Shown piece by piece: positions 60,933 through 64,000 of a stretch of 64,000 bases of DNA (position 1 is its first letter; each line of letters starts with the position of its first letter). The stretch lies in NCBI GenBank assembly GCA_026023565.1, contig JAPETS010000006.1, positions 434,001 through 498,000 on the forward strand, read 5' to 3'. The translations under genes and the position numbers were made by a program. The notes under the pieces were generated by a model. That model saw nothing but the letters and a program-made list of their open reading frames with translations, was not told the DNA's origin and did no database searches. The DNA is from Cirrosporium novae-zelandiae (lineage: Eukaryota).

Positions 60933-61248
60933 AGCAAGGCGCTTGCGTGTAGCATGCTTGACGTGGCACAATCCTGGATAAGGAAGCATTGCTGTTTTCA
61001 CATAGACAGAATATACACAATATTTAAAAACCACCGCAAAGGAGTGAGAAAATGGCTTATCACCCAAGGAGGCGGCTTAAAATATAAATTGTACGGACAC
61101 TGAAGAGTCCAGAGACCCACAATTAATTTATGAACACGCCTCTTAGGAAAGCATACTGAAAAAATTAAATAAGTTATAATTCAATTGTTACATGGTTATA
61201 TAATATCAACTTACTATAGAAATATACAAGGACTCATTCCATTATATT

Positions 61249-61689
61249 CAGGGTTAGGAATAGCCTAGACCAAATAAACGGTCTGACGTAGATGGACCAG
61301 GCCGAGCTATTTCATAGACCAACTAGACCATGATTGCCCAAAGTCTACGTGGTCTAGCCACGGGTATATATATGTATATATATATTTAGAATACTTAGGA
61401 TATTGCTGATAGAATTATATATTTTTCATTTTGTTTAGATTGGACAAAAAATTAGATAAGGTCACGTGGAGATAAGACAAGGTGTTATGAACGGGACTTG
61501 AAATTTTTTTTCACGCGCCGCGCGGGGTTATGGTTTCTTGCAAGGCTTATCTTCATATTCCGGGTTATTCCGTGCCAAGCCTAGCTGTATAAATAGTATA
61601 ACTTTCATAGAATTAATTCTATATCCTTACACAAAATAACAGTTATGTAATAGTTGTATCATGTGACCAACGGTCTACTCCTAATCCTG
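61249..61689. mobile_element. hAT-type MITE, 441 bp
   Basis: Left end CAGGGTTAGGAATAGCC. Right end (reverse complement) CAGGATTAGGAGTAGACC. Flanks ATTATATT and ATTACATG match at 6/8. The interior is homologous to 23502-23800. Confidence 0.75.
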
Positions 61690-61718
61690 ATTACATGTAT
61701 TAACCGTGTGTATAGGTT

Positions 61719-64000
61719 TTAGATTCGTTCAGAAATGACGCCCAATTGCCGTATTATACCGTAAGCCCTCTATCTCACTAATCAGTTTTCACCAAATCAT
61801 GCAGTAGTCCTCGGGGGGCAATAACATACCAATGGAGCGTAGAATCCAGTTATAGTGGTTGATTCGGGCACCTGCACGAACAAAATTGGCAAATCTTTCT
61901 GGATTTCAGGATGACCTTCGAGGCCAGGAGGAAACGTGCCGATCCGGTCACGATTAGTATAGATCTAAGCTATTAGTTACGATGAGGCAAAATAATACCA
62001 AGCGATTATACTTGCTTGAAAACCCTGGACCTCTGAATAGTTTCTATATCGTCTTTGCAGAATATCAACCCCAGTTATGATTTCTCCATCTGGACCATCT
62101 ATTAGGAAATGGATTTCTTGACGAGCTGGACGACCACTAGATTCAGTCAATAAACCATCCATATCGGAAACTGGGGCGTGACAGCCCAATGTATGGATCT
62201 TTTGACCATCAACCTCAACATTGTATATGAAGTCTATACCATAGAGCTTGTGGGAGTCACGAATCGACACTGTGATCCCAATCAATTTTGAGAGATGTAT
62301 ACCTTGTGGGCCACCATATACCACCATGGTCAAGGGCTGGTACCTGAGAGGTGATCTTGGAGGCTCGGAAAAAAAGGTTTCATTCAGGCAGACATTTTTA
62401 TAGGGGATGTCCGGAAACCATTGGGCGGCATCCCGGAGGAATGGTTTGGCCTGAGCTTGCGCTCGCCTAGTCTTCAGCGCGCCCGCCATTATCATTTTAT
62501 TTTCATCCACCGAACGATTATTTGAGATACCTAGTGATACCATTTTTAAGGCCTGTTTCATTATTAGTATAATCATTCTATTTTGAAAATTATCAACTTA
62601 CATCAAACCCAGCTTTTAAAGCTTTGTCACTTGAATGCTTTGCAACTAGTCGCATTATGGGGACCCCCTTAGCATTGCCAATCCATTTCGACATTTCCCC
62701 CCTACTTGTTAATAGAGAAATTGCTTGGATTCCTCTTGGGCCGGTAGCTAGATGAAATCCAGAGATAGCACACCACTTTCGATGGTGAAATAGCCCGTCC
62801 ATGTCAACCGAGCACTCGTTCTTCGAAACTGTATAGCCAAGGCAAATATCAGGTCCATTATGTTGTTGAAACCGAAGGCCTGAGATATATTGTGCGCTAT
62901 TAAACTCAACAAAAGAAACTAATACACCAATAATTTTGTTAGGAATGGCAATAGTCCTTGTCCATAAGGCCCTACAACCTTTGTCCATCTCTTGTTTAAA
63001 GGTTTTGACATTACCATAAGCGAAGGTCCATGACATAGAATCCGCTGGCGCATCTGGTTCAAACGGTGAGTATGAAAAAGATCCATTAAGAGACATGGAT
63101 GATAATTTGAAGAGCAGCTCTTCCAGTTGAAGAAGAATGTCCCAGATCCGTGCTCTGTTTCTCAGGCCATTACTTTGGAGACTTTTAACTCCTAAGTATA
63201 AGGTTTTAAAGCAACATCTTTTGGCAAGGCACTTTCGAGCCTCGAGGATATAATGGAACTCAAACCCTCTTTGAAATCGAGAAGCCCAAAATATGTTGGT
63301 TAGTGGTTCTATGGCAAATATTTTTGATGCTAATTTAAGATTCAAAACATCTTTAGATGGTAGATGGAGCATGATTTCTTGACGGACCTCCATTGGCAGC
63401 ACAGCAAAGCAGTCTGGTGAGTGTGAGATTATGTTGATGTTTTGGGGCACTATTTGACTATCGGCAGGTTTTTTCGGATTCAAGCTCTTATGTATAACTC
63501 TTTGCAGTTCTTTCACATTTAAGGGATCCGCGCAATACATATCACCTTTCAGCTGGTCTTCAGGGGTGAGTTCGAATTCGAATTGTTCAATAAGCTGAGA
63601 GTCCTCTCCGGGAAGGAGATTTTTAAGTTTTGTCTTGTATGTCAGTAGTCCTTCATAGTCATGACCCCAGTTTAGTCGACCTTCCTGCACGGGGCACGAT
63701 CGACAAAAATCGTGAAGAAGTTGCAGATCAACCTCTCCAGGGTGATATAGGGCATGCAGTAAACCCCAACAAGAATCATGGAATGGGAAACCAAAACCAA
63801 ACGCTGGCTCGTCAGAATAAACAGAAGGTTCTGTACTGAGTATGAATGGGAAAAGTATAATACTTTTTAGAAACAGCTGGTCAATATCAGGATTATTGTA
63901 GCGTAAAGCTGGGTCGGTCGGTAATCGATCATCTTCATAACCTCGAACCCCAACTCCAGAAAGTTGGGGATGCACCCAGTCGAGGTCCTTCTGGTATTTT
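61719..64000 (-). CDS. Fungal F-box protein with repeated beta-rich C-terminal domains, 5' end beyond the window
   Basis: FPFHDSCW, F-box-like FAVLPMEVRQEIMLHLPSKDVLNLKLAS, FWASRF, LRNRARIW, YISGLRF and FLIDGPDGEIIT. Introns 62601-62553, 62015-61965 (GC-AG) and 61829-61770. The last exon reads RAYGIIRQLGVISERI*. Confidence 0.82.

Noticed and set aside
60456..61067. 203-aa minus-strand ORF
   Set aside because: Antisense to the spliced nuclease-like gene, with a non-ATG start and no motifs.
59737..61689. Composite transposon carrying the nuclease-like gene
   Set aside because: The outer flanks (GTTTCAAA vs ATTACATG) do not match, while each MITE has its own near-matching 8-bp pair.
1..64000. 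Alternative genetic code (TAG reassignment) prompted by the RTA1 stop
   Set aside because: TAG terminates other genes normally (GH125, NCB2, FAD oxidoreductase), and no other conserved gene here shows an internal TAG.

Overview
Intron-containing genomic DNA from a filamentous ascomycete (Pezizomycotina), judged from GT-AG introns with CTAAC/CTGAC-type branch points and fungal gene families. I can support about 22 protein-coding loci: a HET-domain gene (runs off the left edge), two Zn2Cys6 transcription factors, an RTA1-like gene with an in-frame TAG, a gamma-glutamylcyclotransferase-like gene, a CCCH-RRM-RBR ubiquitin ligase, a GH125 mannosidase, TFG1, a Cid1/Cid13-type nucleotidyltransferase, a GH3 beta-glucosidase, an OPT transporter, a HeLo-like-N/ankyrin protein, a GH65 acid trehalase, NSE1, NCB2, a DUF3176-like membrane protein, an SDR, an FAD oxidoreductase, a small PD-(D/E)xK-like protein, an F-box protein (runs off the right edge) and two conserved hypotheticals. 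The ORF track misses several things: two intron-nested box C/D snoRNAs in an apparently non-coding host transcript divergent from NCB2; a family of hAT-type non-autonomous elements with CAG..CTG terminal inverted repeats and 8-bp target-site duplications, two of which bracket the nuclease-like gene; a candidate spliced 92-aa membrane micro-protein; and an FFAT motif on the NLR-like ankyrin protein. No rRNA, intact tRNA, CRISPR array or intact transposase was seen. All family calls come from motif recognition, not database searches, and exon boundaries were read by eye.
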